57,169 bases of DNA from an uncultured Candidatus Poseidoniales archaeon (GCA_905182725.1 CAJJCQ010000032.1:1-57169); one strand, 5' to 3'; positions 20,110 to 28,702 are shown, counted from the stretch's first letter. Notes: a model not told the origin generated them from the sequence alone. Numbers and translations are program-made.

Positions 20110-21202
20110 TCTGAATTCAGTTGATCCTACCTCTGAAGAAAAGAACAGCGATGTACTCCCTCAATTCGAGGACGAGGTGAATCCACCTCCTCCACCTTCA
20201 TCGCAAACGCCCCCTCCGCTCCCTATTGCCATATCCGACATTCCACCTCCGCTTCCACCAGGTGCTACTGGCCATTCCTCGACGGATTCACAGCCCGATG
20301 CATTGGCAGAAATGTCTGAAGAAGCAATCGAAATGTCTCGGCAACTCGAAACTCTCGTGATGGGTGTTGCCCAAGATGATACCAATTCACTCGCAGGTAC
20401 GGAACTTGAGATCGGAGAAGCAAGGAGATTTTTACATTCACATAATCTTCGACGTGCTTTGGCAAGTGTAAAAAATGCGGAAGCATCATTGATTGAACTT
20501 GAAGAAGACGTCTTGCACCTTCGACGCAACATTGCAATGCTGCATCGATTGTTGAATGAAAAGAAAGTAAGTGAACGTGATATCGAAACGATTCTACTCC
20601 GACTTCGTAGCGCCACTGGTGCTGCTGAAATGGGTGATGTAGGCGGTGCAGCTGGAGAAGTTGAATTCCTTGTTGATGATTTGATTGGAGGGAATACTTC
20701 GACACTCAATCCGTTCCTCTTCCGTCATTTCTGGATGGGGTTGGAAACACGCTGGCCTGCAGGTGGAGATGAAGGAGTACTGGTTGTTCGTATCATCAAT
20801 GATGGCCCAGTGGCTATGCCTCCAATGCGTCTTGCTCCACCAGTTCCTGAAGGTTGGACATCGACTCCGTCTTCTGTTGACCTTCCTACCATCGCACCGG
20901 GGGGAAATCTCCCTGTTCGATTTAATGTGGCTACGAACCGTCGCCAATCTGCAGATGAGGTGCCACTCTCACGCAAACTTGCGATCACCACGGGCTATGA
21001 AATTCGAACCGGTGAAGTCTTCGTTACCATTCGGGCGCAGAATCGCTCAATGGAACCGATTGCCGATGTTCTTCTCTCTCCATGGTTCCCACCAGGATAT
21101 ACTTCCGATACGATTCCTTTCGTGGAACGTCTTGTTCCCGACGAAGTGGCCATTATTCGAATGCCACTTCGAATCGACATGAAATCAGGAGGTACTTCCT
21201 GA
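20096..21202 (+). CDS. hypothetical proline-rich / helical protein with C-terminal beta-sandwich-like segments; no signal peptide or TM
   Basis: The ATG is preceded by GAGGAGGTGA and overlaps the upstream gene by 14 nt. Features seen: PPPPPSSQTPPPLPIAISDIPPPLPPG, a long helical region (LIELEEDVLHLRRNIAMLHRLLNEKK), and VVRIINDGPVA. Confidence 0.65.
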   Translation: MKMSNLNSVDPTSEEKNSDVLPQFEDEVNPPPPPSSQTPPPLPIAISDIPPPLPPGATGHSSTDSQPDALAEMSEEAIEMSRQLETLVMGVAQDDTNSLAGTELEIGEARRFLHSHNLRRALASVKNAEASLIELEEDVLHLRRNIAMLHRLLNEKKVSERDIETILLRLRSATGAAEMGDVGGAAGEVEFLVDDLIGGNTSTLNPFLFRHFWMGLETRWPAGGDEGVLVVRIINDGPVAMPPMRLAPPVPEGWTSTPSSVDLPTIAPGGNLPVRFNVATNRRQSADEVPLSRKLAITTGYEIRTGEVFVTIRAQNRSMEPIADVLLSPWFPPGYTSDTIPFVERLVPDEVAIIRMPLRIDMKSGGTS

Positions 21203-21221
21203 ATTCAATCCTATTCCCCCC

Positions 21222-21247
21222 CATATATGGGAGGTTACAAAAGGTGA
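21222..21247 (+). promoter_or_regulatory. candidate TATA-like element (catatatgg) and Shine-Dalgarno-like AAGGTGA upstream of arlB1
   Basis: This is the only AT-alternating element in the 49-nt gap before arlB1, about 24-30 nt upstream of the ATG. AAGGTGA lies 5 nt before the ATG at 21252. Confidence 0.3.
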
Positions 21248-21251
21248 AATT

Positions 21252-21812
21252 ATGAAAGAAAATACAAATGAAAAAAGCGATACTCTCGCAGCGATTGGTA
21301 TTGGTGCCATGATTGTCTTCATCGCGTTGATTCTGGTTGCCGCAGTTGCTGCAGCAGTTATTATCCAAACGGCTGAGAAGTTGCAACAAAACGCTCAGAA
21401 CACAGGCGCAGAAACGACCAATATGCTTTCTTCGAAAGTCATGGTCCTCAGTGTCATGGTGATTGAGGAGGCTAACGCACCTGTCCTTTATATTACGTTC
21501 GAATTAGCCCCAGGGTCGGCAGATATTTCTCCTTTAGATATTGATTATTCAATCGTATGCCAGGATACATCTGTCTTCGGCACTTTTGGTTTGGCTGGTT
21601 TCGTTGGTAATGATGTCGGTGTTGGAGCGGGACTGTTAGAGGCTCATACGACCTATGACCTAAAAATTCCATCAGGTGCTACTGGGTTCGGTGCTTGTGA
21701 ACCTGCGGTAAATGAAGCCCATACATTATTAATTCAATCAAGAGCAGGTGGTTACACCTTTGAAAAATTGAATTATGGATCTGATGTTTCTGCAGGGTCG
21801 GTGGTTGTATGA
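21252..21812 (+). CDS. arlB: archaellin (archaeal flagellin)
   Basis: The N-terminus AAIGIGAMIVFIALILVAAVAAAVIIQTAEKLQ matches the conserved archaellin class III signal peptide and hydrophobic helix (compare GIGTLIVFIAMVLVAAIAA). Confidence 0.9.
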   Translation: MKENTNEKSDTLAAIGIGAMIVFIALILVAAVAAAVIIQTAEKLQQNAQNTGAETTNMLSSKVMVLSVMVIEEANAPVLYITFELAPGSADISPLDIDYSIVCQDTSVFGTFGLAGFVGNDVGVGAGLLEAHTTYDLKIPSGATGFGACEPAVNEAHTLLIQSRAGGYTFEKLNYGSDVSAGSVVV

Positions 21813-22402
21813 AGACTGAATCACCCGATGTCCGAGAAGATAATATTGCAGCCATTGGTATTGGCGCAATGATTGTGTTCATCGCTCTCATTCTTGTTGC
21901 AGCAGTTGCAGCAGCAGTCATTATTCAAACAGCAGAGAAGTTACAACAGAATGCTGAAACAACTGGTGAAGATACTGCGAAGAATCTCGCTGGCAAGTTT
22001 GTCCTCAATGGCGGATTTGTGAGTGCAGCCGACAACGCGGACTTCCCTGATACGACTTCGTACATGTTTTTCGCTCAACTCGCGCCAGGAAGTAGTCCTG
22101 TTCGAATTAGCACCATTACCTATCAAGTGAATTGCGATAATGGATTAATCGAAGGAGAATTCGGTACTGATGCACAAATCCAAGATATGGATAGTGCAGG
22201 TGCTGGATGGAAAGATCCTACTTTTGAACTTCAACCACAGCAACCCTATGTGTTGTGGATTATGGCAGCAATTCCAGGAGTTGATTGTGGAGCCAGCAAC
22301 GGCGATTCAAGTGTTCATCTTGCTATCCACGTTGGCAGTGGCGGGTCGACTTATGTGACGCTCAATATTGGTTCAACTGCTGCTGGTGCAGAGGTGGCTT
22401 GA
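21809..22402 (+). CDS. arlB: archaellin paralogue
   Basis: It shares the same 36-aa hydrophobic N-terminal block as the upstream gene, while the C-terminal globular part diverges. There is an ATGA overlap with arlB1. Confidence 0.9.
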   Translation: MKTESPDVREDNIAAIGIGAMIVFIALILVAAVAAAVIIQTAEKLQQNAETTGEDTAKNLAGKFVLNGGFVSAADNADFPDTTSYMFFAQLAPGSSPVRISTITYQVNCDNGLIEGEFGTDAQIQDMDSAGAGWKDPTFELQPQQPYVLWIMAAIPGVDCGASNGDSSVHLAIHVGSGGSTYVTLNIGSTAAGAEVA

Positions 22403-22438
22403 AGTAATTTACTTCAGCTCAAACATGGAGGAATAAAT

Positions 22439-23278
22439 ATGGCATGGCCTTTTAGTAAAAATACAGCCCAAAATCAGGATGCGGACGCAGCTCTTACCGA
22501 AGAGCGCCTCAAAATAATGGCAAACATTGCCATTGAACAAGTACCGCTTCCCGAGGAAGGAGAACTCAACGCTGAAGACGCGTGGACCATTAGCCCTGGA
22601 CTTACCATGGCTCGTCTCAACAGTCTCGGTAGTGTACCGACCGTTGCTGCAAGTCTTTCAACCGTTGCTGCCGCTCCAACCCAAGTGAACACAACCGTGG
22701 ACACTTCAGGGCTTGAGCGTTTGATTAGTAACCGTCTTGACATGGTTGAAGATGTTTTGCGCATGGTGGAAGTTCGATTGAGTGAAAATCTGTCTGGAAC
22801 TCATGGTGATGACTCACCTTCAGAAGGTGATGGTGAACATTCCACTCACGCTGGTGACACGATCATTACCGCTTCAGGAGAAACAATCACAGCATCCGGT
22901 ACTGACCGAATGATGGGAACCGATGAGGCTCCACTTGTGGAACTGTATGAAGCACAAGCTTTGGCTGCAAATCCATTTTTGCACGCACCTTCCTTTGGTG
23001 CAACTACCGATGCCAATCAAGTAGGTGCGCCTACAATTGCAGCCCTCTTACTCGACCACATGTCGGGCATGGCAGCCGTAAGTTTTGCTCAGAAAGCGAT
23101 GGCTTCCGGTATGCTTTCCGATGATGAAGGTCGAAAGGTACTCGCAATTGTTCAACTTGCAGAACCAGGACAATCAGAAGCAGCCCTCGATGACCATTTG
23201 ACGCACAAGGAGTTGCTCACGTTTTCATCGCTTGTAAGTTCATGGCGAAACGTGAAATCACTTCGAGGTGAAGTCTGA
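22439..23278 (+). CDS. hypothetical acidic soluble protein in the ArlC/D/E (or ArlX) position of the archaellum operon
   Basis: It lies between the archaellins and arlF, with GGAGG 8 nt upstream of the ATG. No TM is seen. A short helical segment is LERLISNRLDMVEDVLRMVEVRLSENL. I recognise no family. Confidence 0.6.
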   Translation: MAWPFSKNTAQNQDADAALTEERLKIMANIAIEQVPLPEEGELNAEDAWTISPGLTMARLNSLGSVPTVAASLSTVAAAPTQVNTTVDTSGLERLISNRLDMVEDVLRMVEVRLSENLSGTHGDDSPSEGDGEHSTHAGDTIITASGETITASGTDRMMGTDEAPLVELYEAQALAANPFLHAPSFGATTDANQVGAPTIAALLLDHMSGMAAVSFAQKAMASGMLSDDEGRKVLAIVQLAEPGQSEAALDDHLTHKELLTFSSLVSSWRNVKSLRGEV

Positions 23279-23279
23279 T

Positions 23280-23918
23280 ATGGGTGCTTCGGTCGGAATT
23301 GGGGGTCTCATTGTTGGGATCTCTATGTTGGTGGTCTTTTCAATGGCCATCACTACGTTGAGTGAACAAACGGCTTCCTCGTTGGAAGCCATTGAATCCG
23401 CTCAGCAATCCGACCCAATCATCACGATTGATAATGCCAACTTTATTCCAATTGCCGTGCATTCAATAGAAGTTACAGATGGAGGGAGCGGTTATTTCGA
23501 CGGTTTTCTCACCTCTTCAAGTTGTCCAGGATTTAGTGCAAGTTTCACCGTTGACGCAGGTATCATTGAAGACAGTGTTACCATTGAAAACTCTGGCAGT
23601 TGTTCTGTAGTTCCTACTGACATTACGGTCTTTGCGCAGACCGATACATCTCCTACATTCACTGTAGTCACGCAGAGTTACCTTTTTGCGAATTTAACAA
23701 ATGATGGTGCTGAAACTATCTCAACAGACACGGCTTGGTTATTCTTTGATGGGACCTCGCCTCAAACGATTGCATCTGCTGGTTTTGTTGTTGAAGAATT
23801 TGAAAACTGGTTTTCGGGCGAGACAGTTGAACTCTTTTGGGACGATGCCAACGATCACACTCGGATGAGTTTAACCGTTGGTGAAACAAGTGTGTCTCGA
23901 GTAATTACATCTATCTGA
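23280..23918 (+). CDS. arlF: archaellum stator/anchor protein ArlF (FlaF)-like
   Basis: MGASVGIGGLIVGISMLVVFSMAI is an archaellin-like N-terminal helix followed by a soluble domain. Its position immediately before arlG-H-I-J supports the call. ATG 23280 follows the upstream stop, and the listed GTG 23268 is an alternative. Confidence 0.6.
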   Translation: MGASVGIGGLIVGISMLVVFSMAITTLSEQTASSLEAIESAQQSDPIITIDNANFIPIAVHSIEVTDGGSGYFDGFLTSSSCPGFSASFTVDAGIIEDSVTIENSGSCSVVPTDITVFAQTDTSPTFTVVTQSYLFANLTNDGAETISTDTAWLFFDGTSPQTIASAGFVVEEFENWFSGETVELFWDDANDHTRMSLTVGETSVSRVITSI

Positions 23919-23927
23919 GGGGTTTGA

Positions 23928-24425
23928 ATGGCAGACGGCGGTGCATCTACAATCATAATGCTGGTTACGGCATTATTGATCTCAAGCGCTGTAAGTGCTG
24001 TTCTTATCCAAGAATGGTCATCAAGTTCTCGTGTTATCCAACAACAACAAGAAGGGTTACAACTTTCTGCCGAAATTGATATTGATTTTGCAGGTGACCC
24101 AATGATGGTGTCACTTTCGACAAACCCTGGTCCAAAAGATATTACATTTTACATTCAAAACACCGGAATTCATGCGATGGATGAATCCTCTCTTGCAATT
24201 CTTGTAGACGGAGTGAGCATCGATGTTGATTCAACTGTATTTGTTCCAGCAGGCGGAGTAACTTGGGATCCGAATATGTTACTCGAAGTGACGCTCGAAG
24301 TTGGAGCGAATGACTTTACCGATGGCCAAGAAATTTCAATTTATGTGATTGCGAGATCTGAGATTATATCTGGAATCTCAATGAGTGCAACTATGAACGA
24401 GGAGGTGCGGTTGAATGAAGAATAA
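23928..24425 (+). CDS. arlG: archaellum protein ArlG (FlaG)-like
   Basis: The N-terminal helix is GGASTIIMLVTALLISSAVSAVLI, followed by a ~130 aa soluble domain. The assignment relies on synteny between arlF and arlH. Confidence 0.6.
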   Translation: MADGGASTIIMLVTALLISSAVSAVLIQEWSSSSRVIQQQQEGLQLSAEIDIDFAGDPMMVSLSTNPGPKDITFYIQNTGIHAMDESSLAILVDGVSIDVDSTVFVPAGGVTWDPNMLLEVTLEVGANDFTDGQEISIYVIARSEIISGISMSATMNEEVRLNEE

Positions 24426-25158
24426 TTCGAATGAAAGCGATCCATTCAAGATGGCACATAAACCCGTTGAGGACGGTTTTCCGTACGACCTTGAAACAGA
24501 TTCACTTGCCGATTCGATGGGACTTCGCCTTCCCAATCGTTCTCTCTATGTTCTCCAAGGTGCTGTCGGTGGCGGTAAATCGTTGGTTTCGCAACGTCTT
24601 GTCTATGGAATGGTTGAAAACGGCGTCAAAGTACTTGTCATCACCACTGAACTGACCACACGTGGTTGGATTGAACAAATGGAATCGATTGGATACGGAA
24701 TTACAGACGCTATCCGTGAAGGAAAACTTATGGTTTTCAGTCGATTTGGTTCCATTGCAGAATCTTCACCAGATGTGGGCCTCATCCAACTCCTCGAATC
24801 TGAAGCAGTCGAACTTGCCGATGTCGTCGTTATTGATTCAGCAAGTTCGTTGATGCCTTCTGACCTTGATGACACGAGTCGGTTCCAATTAATGCAACGG
24901 CTTCGTCAAATTTCATCTCAAGGCCGTTCACTCATGCTTTGTGTTGACCCCGTTGAAATGGATGAAAAATTGATGCATAACCTTCGCAGTTCAGCAGAAG
25001 TCGTCTTGGATCTCATGACAACGATGATTGGAGGCGAAATCAAACGTAACGTTGTCGTAACACGTTACTTACGTGCTGCAGGACCAGTTCAAACATCAAT
25101 CGGATGGCGTGTTGAACCAAGTATGGGCTTCATCGTAGATATTACTGCAGTGAGCTGA
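24415..25158 (+). CDS. arlH: archaellum KaiC/RecA-like ATP-binding protein ArlH (FlaH)
   Basis: The Walker A motif is LQGAVGGGKS. The protein is a single RecA-like domain of 247 aa. GGAGGTG lies 7 nt upstream of the ATG, and there is an 11-nt overlap with arlG. Confidence 0.85.
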   Translation: MKNNSNESDPFKMAHKPVEDGFPYDLETDSLADSMGLRLPNRSLYVLQGAVGGGKSLVSQRLVYGMVENGVKVLVITTELTTRGWIEQMESIGYGITDAIREGKLMVFSRFGSIAESSPDVGLIQLLESEAVELADVVVIDSASSLMPSDLDDTSRFQLMQRLRQISSQGRSLMLCVDPVEMDEKLMHNLRSSAEVVLDLMTTMIGGEIKRNVVVTRYLRAAGPVQTSIGWRVEPSMGFIVDITAVS

Positions 25159-25171
25159 TGGAGGTATTTTG

Positions 25172-26431
25172 ATGGCTGAAGATGAAACTCGATTTGCTAA
25201 GGGCGACCTTAATAGCGTCATGAATGCTTATCCTCACGTAGCCAATTGGGTTCGTGACTTCGAAGCACAATATGGCACTCGCCCGGTCTATTACGGACCT
25301 CTTGACAGAGATGCCAAAAAACAACGCCCTCTTAATTTGATTTATCTTGCGAAAGAGCCTATTTTCATCCATATTTACGAGCCACCGGCTGATGAAGAAG
25401 GTGGAGGGCAGGTTCTTTGGTTTGGATTGGAGCCACAATTGACCGAGGAAGAAGAAAACATTCGTCGTGAATTGGTTGAAATTCTCTTGCAAGAAGCACC
25501 AACTGCTCCTTCCTTTACGACCGATAATGAATTCGAATCAATTCTTTCTCAAATGATTGAGAAATATACGGTACTCGAGTCCGAACTCACAACCAATGTA
25601 CGTCGGCAAGGGCGGATGTGGGAAATGATGGGTTTGGATGACAAGAGAATGATTGTAACTCCTGAGCAACGTGAATTATTGCAATATACCATTATCCGTG
25701 ACCTGATTCGAAACGGGCCATTGGAACCTTTGCTCTCTGACGAGATGCTGGAAGATATTCACTCAATTGGTTTGAAGCATATCCATATGGATCACAAAGT
25801 GTTTGGAATGGTCACTTCCAACATACGATTCCGAGACCGAGAAGTCCTCGCTCGGTTCTTGCGTGCAATGTCGGAACGTATTGGACGCCCAGTTTCTGAT
25901 AACCGACCAATTATCGATGGTGCATTGCTTGATGGTTCTCGTATCAATATTATTTTCTCAGACGACGTTTCAATGCTCGGTCCATCGTTTACTATCCGTA
26001 AATTCGCTGAAGAAACGATTTCAATTACTCAATTGATTGCATGGGGTACGATTTCATCTCAAGTTGCTGCTTACATTTGGATTTGTCTTGAATATGGTAT
26101 GTCAGTGCTGGTTTCAGGAGAAACAGCATCAGGTAAAACAACGACACTCAATGCGATTTTACCGTTCATCGACCACAATGTCAAAATCTATTCTGCTGAA
26201 GATACACCGGAAGTTAAAGTTCGACACAAGATTTGGCAACGACTGGTCACTCGGCAGTCGAAGAATGAAGATTCAAGCGTCGAATGTTCGACCTCCTCAA
26301 AGCTGCTCTCCGTAGCCGTCCACGATACATCATTATTGGTGAAATTCGTGGTGTTGAAGGGGCGACAGCCTTCCAAGCAATGCAAACAGGTCACCCTGTT
26401 ATCGCAACATTCCACGCATCATCAATCGTAA
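25172..26431 (+). CDS. arlI: archaellum motor ATPase ArlI (FlaI), N-terminal fragment; the reading frame is lost after about codon 371
   Basis: The Walker A motif is SGETASGKTTTLNA. Homology-like sequence ends at ...NEDSSVE, and the remaining 49 codons (CSTSSKLLSVAVHD...) are out-of-frame readthrough. GGAGG lies 7 nt upstream of ATG 25172. Confidence 0.85.
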   Translation: MAEDETRFAKGDLNSVMNAYPHVANWVRDFEAQYGTRPVYYGPLDRDAKKQRPLNLIYLAKEPIFIHIYEPPADEEGGGQVLWFGLEPQLTEEEENIRRELVEILLQEAPTAPSFTTDNEFESILSQMIEKYTVLESELTTNVRRQGRMWEMMGLDDKRMIVTPEQRELLQYTIIRDLIRNGPLEPLLSDEMLEDIHSIGLKHIHMDHKVFGMVTSNIRFRDREVLARFLRAMSERIGRPVSDNRPIIDGALLDGSRINIIFSDDVSMLGPSFTIRKFAEETISITQLIAWGTISSQVAAYIWICLEYGMSVLVSGETASGKTTTLNAILPFIDHNVKIYSAEDTPEVKVRHKIWQRLVTRQSKNEDSSVECSTSSKLLSVAVHDTSLLVKFVVLKGRQPSKQCKQVTLLSQHSTHHQS

Positions 26432-26889
26432 AGATGATTCAAAGATTTACAGGTGACCCAATCAATGTCCCGATTCGTTTCTTCGATAACTTGAATTTTG
26501 CAATTTTCCAAGAAGTCGTGGAAGCACCTGGTGGTGGAATCGCTCGGCGTGTCACTGGTATCGATGAAGTCATCGGTTACAATAAACACAGCGACGGTGT
26601 CCTTACACGTGGAATGTTCGAATGGGACCCTGTAAAGGATAAGCATTATTTCCGAGGAATGTTCCAAAGCCATTTGCTCGAAAACAAAATCGCTGCAATG
26701 GCTGGTTTTGCCAACAAGCGTGATATTTACGATGAAATGCTCAAGCGTGCTGACGCTCTTCAACGCATGGTTGATCGGGATTTAACGCATTACGATGACG
26801 TCTTTGATTTGCTCGGAATTTACTACAACAGTGGATGGGAATATTTCGACAAGTCTGTGGATACTTGGAAAGGCATAAACCATGATTGA
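26284..26889 (+). CDS. arlI: ArlI (FlaI), C-terminal fragment in the -1 frame
   Basis: It starts exactly with the conserved MFDLLKAALRSRPRYIIIGEIRG (Walker B region). FQAMQTGHPVIATFHASS follows (His box). Confidence 0.85.
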   Translation: MFDLLKAALRSRPRYIIIGEIRGVEGATAFQAMQTGHPVIATFHASSIVKMIQRFTGDPINVPIRFFDNLNFAIFQEVVEAPGGGIARRVTGIDEVIGYNKHSDGVLTRGMFEWDPVKDKHYFRGMFQSHLLENKIAAMAGFANKRDIYDEMLKRADALQRMVDRDLTHYDDVFDLLGIYYNSGWEYFDKSVDTWKGINHD

Positions 26890-26899
26890 GGGATGATGT

Positions 26900-28702
26900 A
26901 TGCAGCGAATGTCTTACTGGCAAATCGCTCTACGTCGCGTAGAAATTCCAATTATTCAATTCTTGATCTTTATGGTCGGAGGGGCTGCCCTTGCGGGTTT
27001 TGTCTTTTCCTTCGTCTTCATTTCCGTGACCGGGGGGACGGGTGAACAAGGCCTCTTCTCCGGCTCTGCAGGCGTTCTTTTCATTCTTCTTCTACCAATT
27101 ATTACTGGTGGTGCAGCGTTGGGGTTCCCACTTCTAGAAGTTCGTCGAGCAGCAAACCTAATCGAAAAAGAAATGCATATGTTCATCACACGAATGGGTA
27201 TTCTCTCTTTGGGCGAAGTTGCTGCACAATCGATCTTCGACATTCTCAAGCAAATGAGCGATTATGGGGAATTGGCAAAGGAAGTGAAGAGCATCGAAAC
27301 TTTAGTCGAGAAATGGCATACTTCGTTACCTGAAGCATCTCGAATTGTGGCACAACAAAGTCCGAGCCCTCTATGGGCCGATTTCCTTGACCGTATGGCG
27401 TTTTCAATAGAAGCAGGTCAGGCAATTGATGATTTCATGCGCTCAGAGCAAGAAACGATTGCAGAGCAATACGCCACCTTGTATGATACTCGTCTTGAAT
27501 CGGTAGACACGATGAAAGAAATCTATGTTTCATTGACCACTGCCGGACTTTTTGGTTTGGTCATTGCAGGTATTCATTTGGTCTTGTTCGAAGTTGGTTC
27601 TGCCAGCGATACACCGATCATGGTTGCGAGTCGAATGCGTTTCTTACTACTAGCAGGCTTACTGTTTACAATCATTCAAATTGGAGCGGTATTCGCATTC
27701 CGTGCTACGATTCCAGAAGACCCAACCTTTGCTCGTGACGATCTTGATACACCTTTCCGTATCAATTTCATCCGATCTTTAGTTGCTTCAAGTATTCTCA
27801 CAGCCTTTCTCTTAGTAGTGACATTATTTACCATTCTCTCAGCATGGGAGGCTGTTACTGCACAATGGGATCGCTACGGTCTTCTTTTCATTGCCGCCCC
27901 ACTCTCTCCGATGCTTGTCCCAGCGCTCATGGTTGCTCGGGAAGAACGTCAAATCCTTCGCCGTGATGAAACATACCCTGATTTCATTCGTGCTTTAGGT
28001 GGGACTGCACAGGCCCGTTCGGCTGAACCCTCAGCCACCATCAAGGCATTGCGAGGTATTGATTTCGGAATGCTTGACAATTCTATCGACCGTTTAGAAC
28101 GTCGTCTCTCTACCCGTATTGACTCTGACCGCGCTTGGGACTACTTCAATGCAGATACCAATTCAGCAGTTATTTCACGGTATACTCGAATTTACATCGA
28201 AGGATCACATTCCTCGGGACAGCCAGCCCGTACAGCGGAATTGGTTTCACGTTCAGTTGGAAGTTTGCTCTCATTGCGCCATCGAAGGTCGCTGTCTGCA
28301 AACACTATGCGTGGAGTCGCACTTGGTTTGCTCATCGCTTGTGTCACCAGTTTGAATGTCACGATTGCGATTGTCACAAAACTTGGGGACTCGATTGCTG
28401 GTGTCGCTTCGAGTTTAGCTGATACTGGTCCAACTGTGCTTTCCGAATTCGGTGCGGGACTTTCTCTTCCAATTATGAAAGATGCTTCTGGAGTCGAAGA
28501 AAATATTCGATTATTCAAGATCATAGTATCAATCTTAATTCTTATTCTCGTGTGGGCTGTTTCTGTCATTTCGAACCGATTAAGAGGGGGAGGAACTACG
28601 ACCGCTCTTGGTCAATCAATCCAATTGCTTTGGGTTGCAGGTATTGCTTCATACCTCACCTCACTCGTTCTTTCAACGGCATCCTCACTCTTCAATGTTT
28701 GA
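26900..28702 (+). CDS. arlJ: archaellum polytopic membrane platform protein ArlJ (FlaJ)
   Basis: The protein is 600 aa with multiple TM helices separated by two soluble cytoplasmic domains. It lies directly after arlI, which fits the duplicated T2SS-F-like architecture. Confidence 0.85.
   Translation: MQRMSYWQIALRRVEIPIIQFLIFMVGGAALAGFVFSFVFISVTGGTGEQGLFSGSAGVLFILLLPIITGGAALGFPLLEVRRAANLIEKEMHMFITRMGILSLGEVAAQSIFDILKQMSDYGELAKEVKSIETLVEKWHTSLPEASRIVAQQSPSPLWADFLDRMAFSIEAGQAIDDFMRSEQETIAEQYATLYDTRLESVDTMKEIYVSLTTAGLFGLVIAGIHLVLFEVGSASDTPIMVASRMRFLLLAGLLFTIIQIGAVFAFRATIPEDPTFARDDLDTPFRINFIRSLVASSILTAFLLVVTLFTILSAWEAVTAQWDRYGLLFIAAPLSPMLVPALMVAREERQILRRDETYPDFIRALGGTAQARSAEPSATIKALRGIDFGMLDNSIDRLERRLSTRIDSDRAWDYFNADTNSAVISRYTRIYIEGSHSSGQPARTAELVSRSVGSLLSLRHRRSLSANTMRGVALGLLIACVTSLNVTIAIVTKLGDSIAGVASSLADTGPTVLSEFGAGLSLPIMKDASGVEENIRLFKIIVSILILILVWAVSVISNRLRGGGTTTALGQSIQLLWVAGIASYLTSLVLSTASSLFNV

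Noticed and set aside
20161-20709. A 182-aa minus-strand ORF, and the 146-aa ORF at 20265-20705, antisense to the proline-rich gene.
   Set aside because: They are fully contained antisense to a gene that has a Shine-Dalgarno-like start context and operon coupling. The Pro codons (CCN) read as Gly-rich antisense.
26260-26300. Programmed -1 ribosomal frameshifting as the explanation for the arlI split.
   Set aside because: There is no X XXY YYZ slippery heptamer and no obvious downstream stem-loop at the junction (gtcgaatgttcgacc). It is kept only as a minor alternative in the finding.
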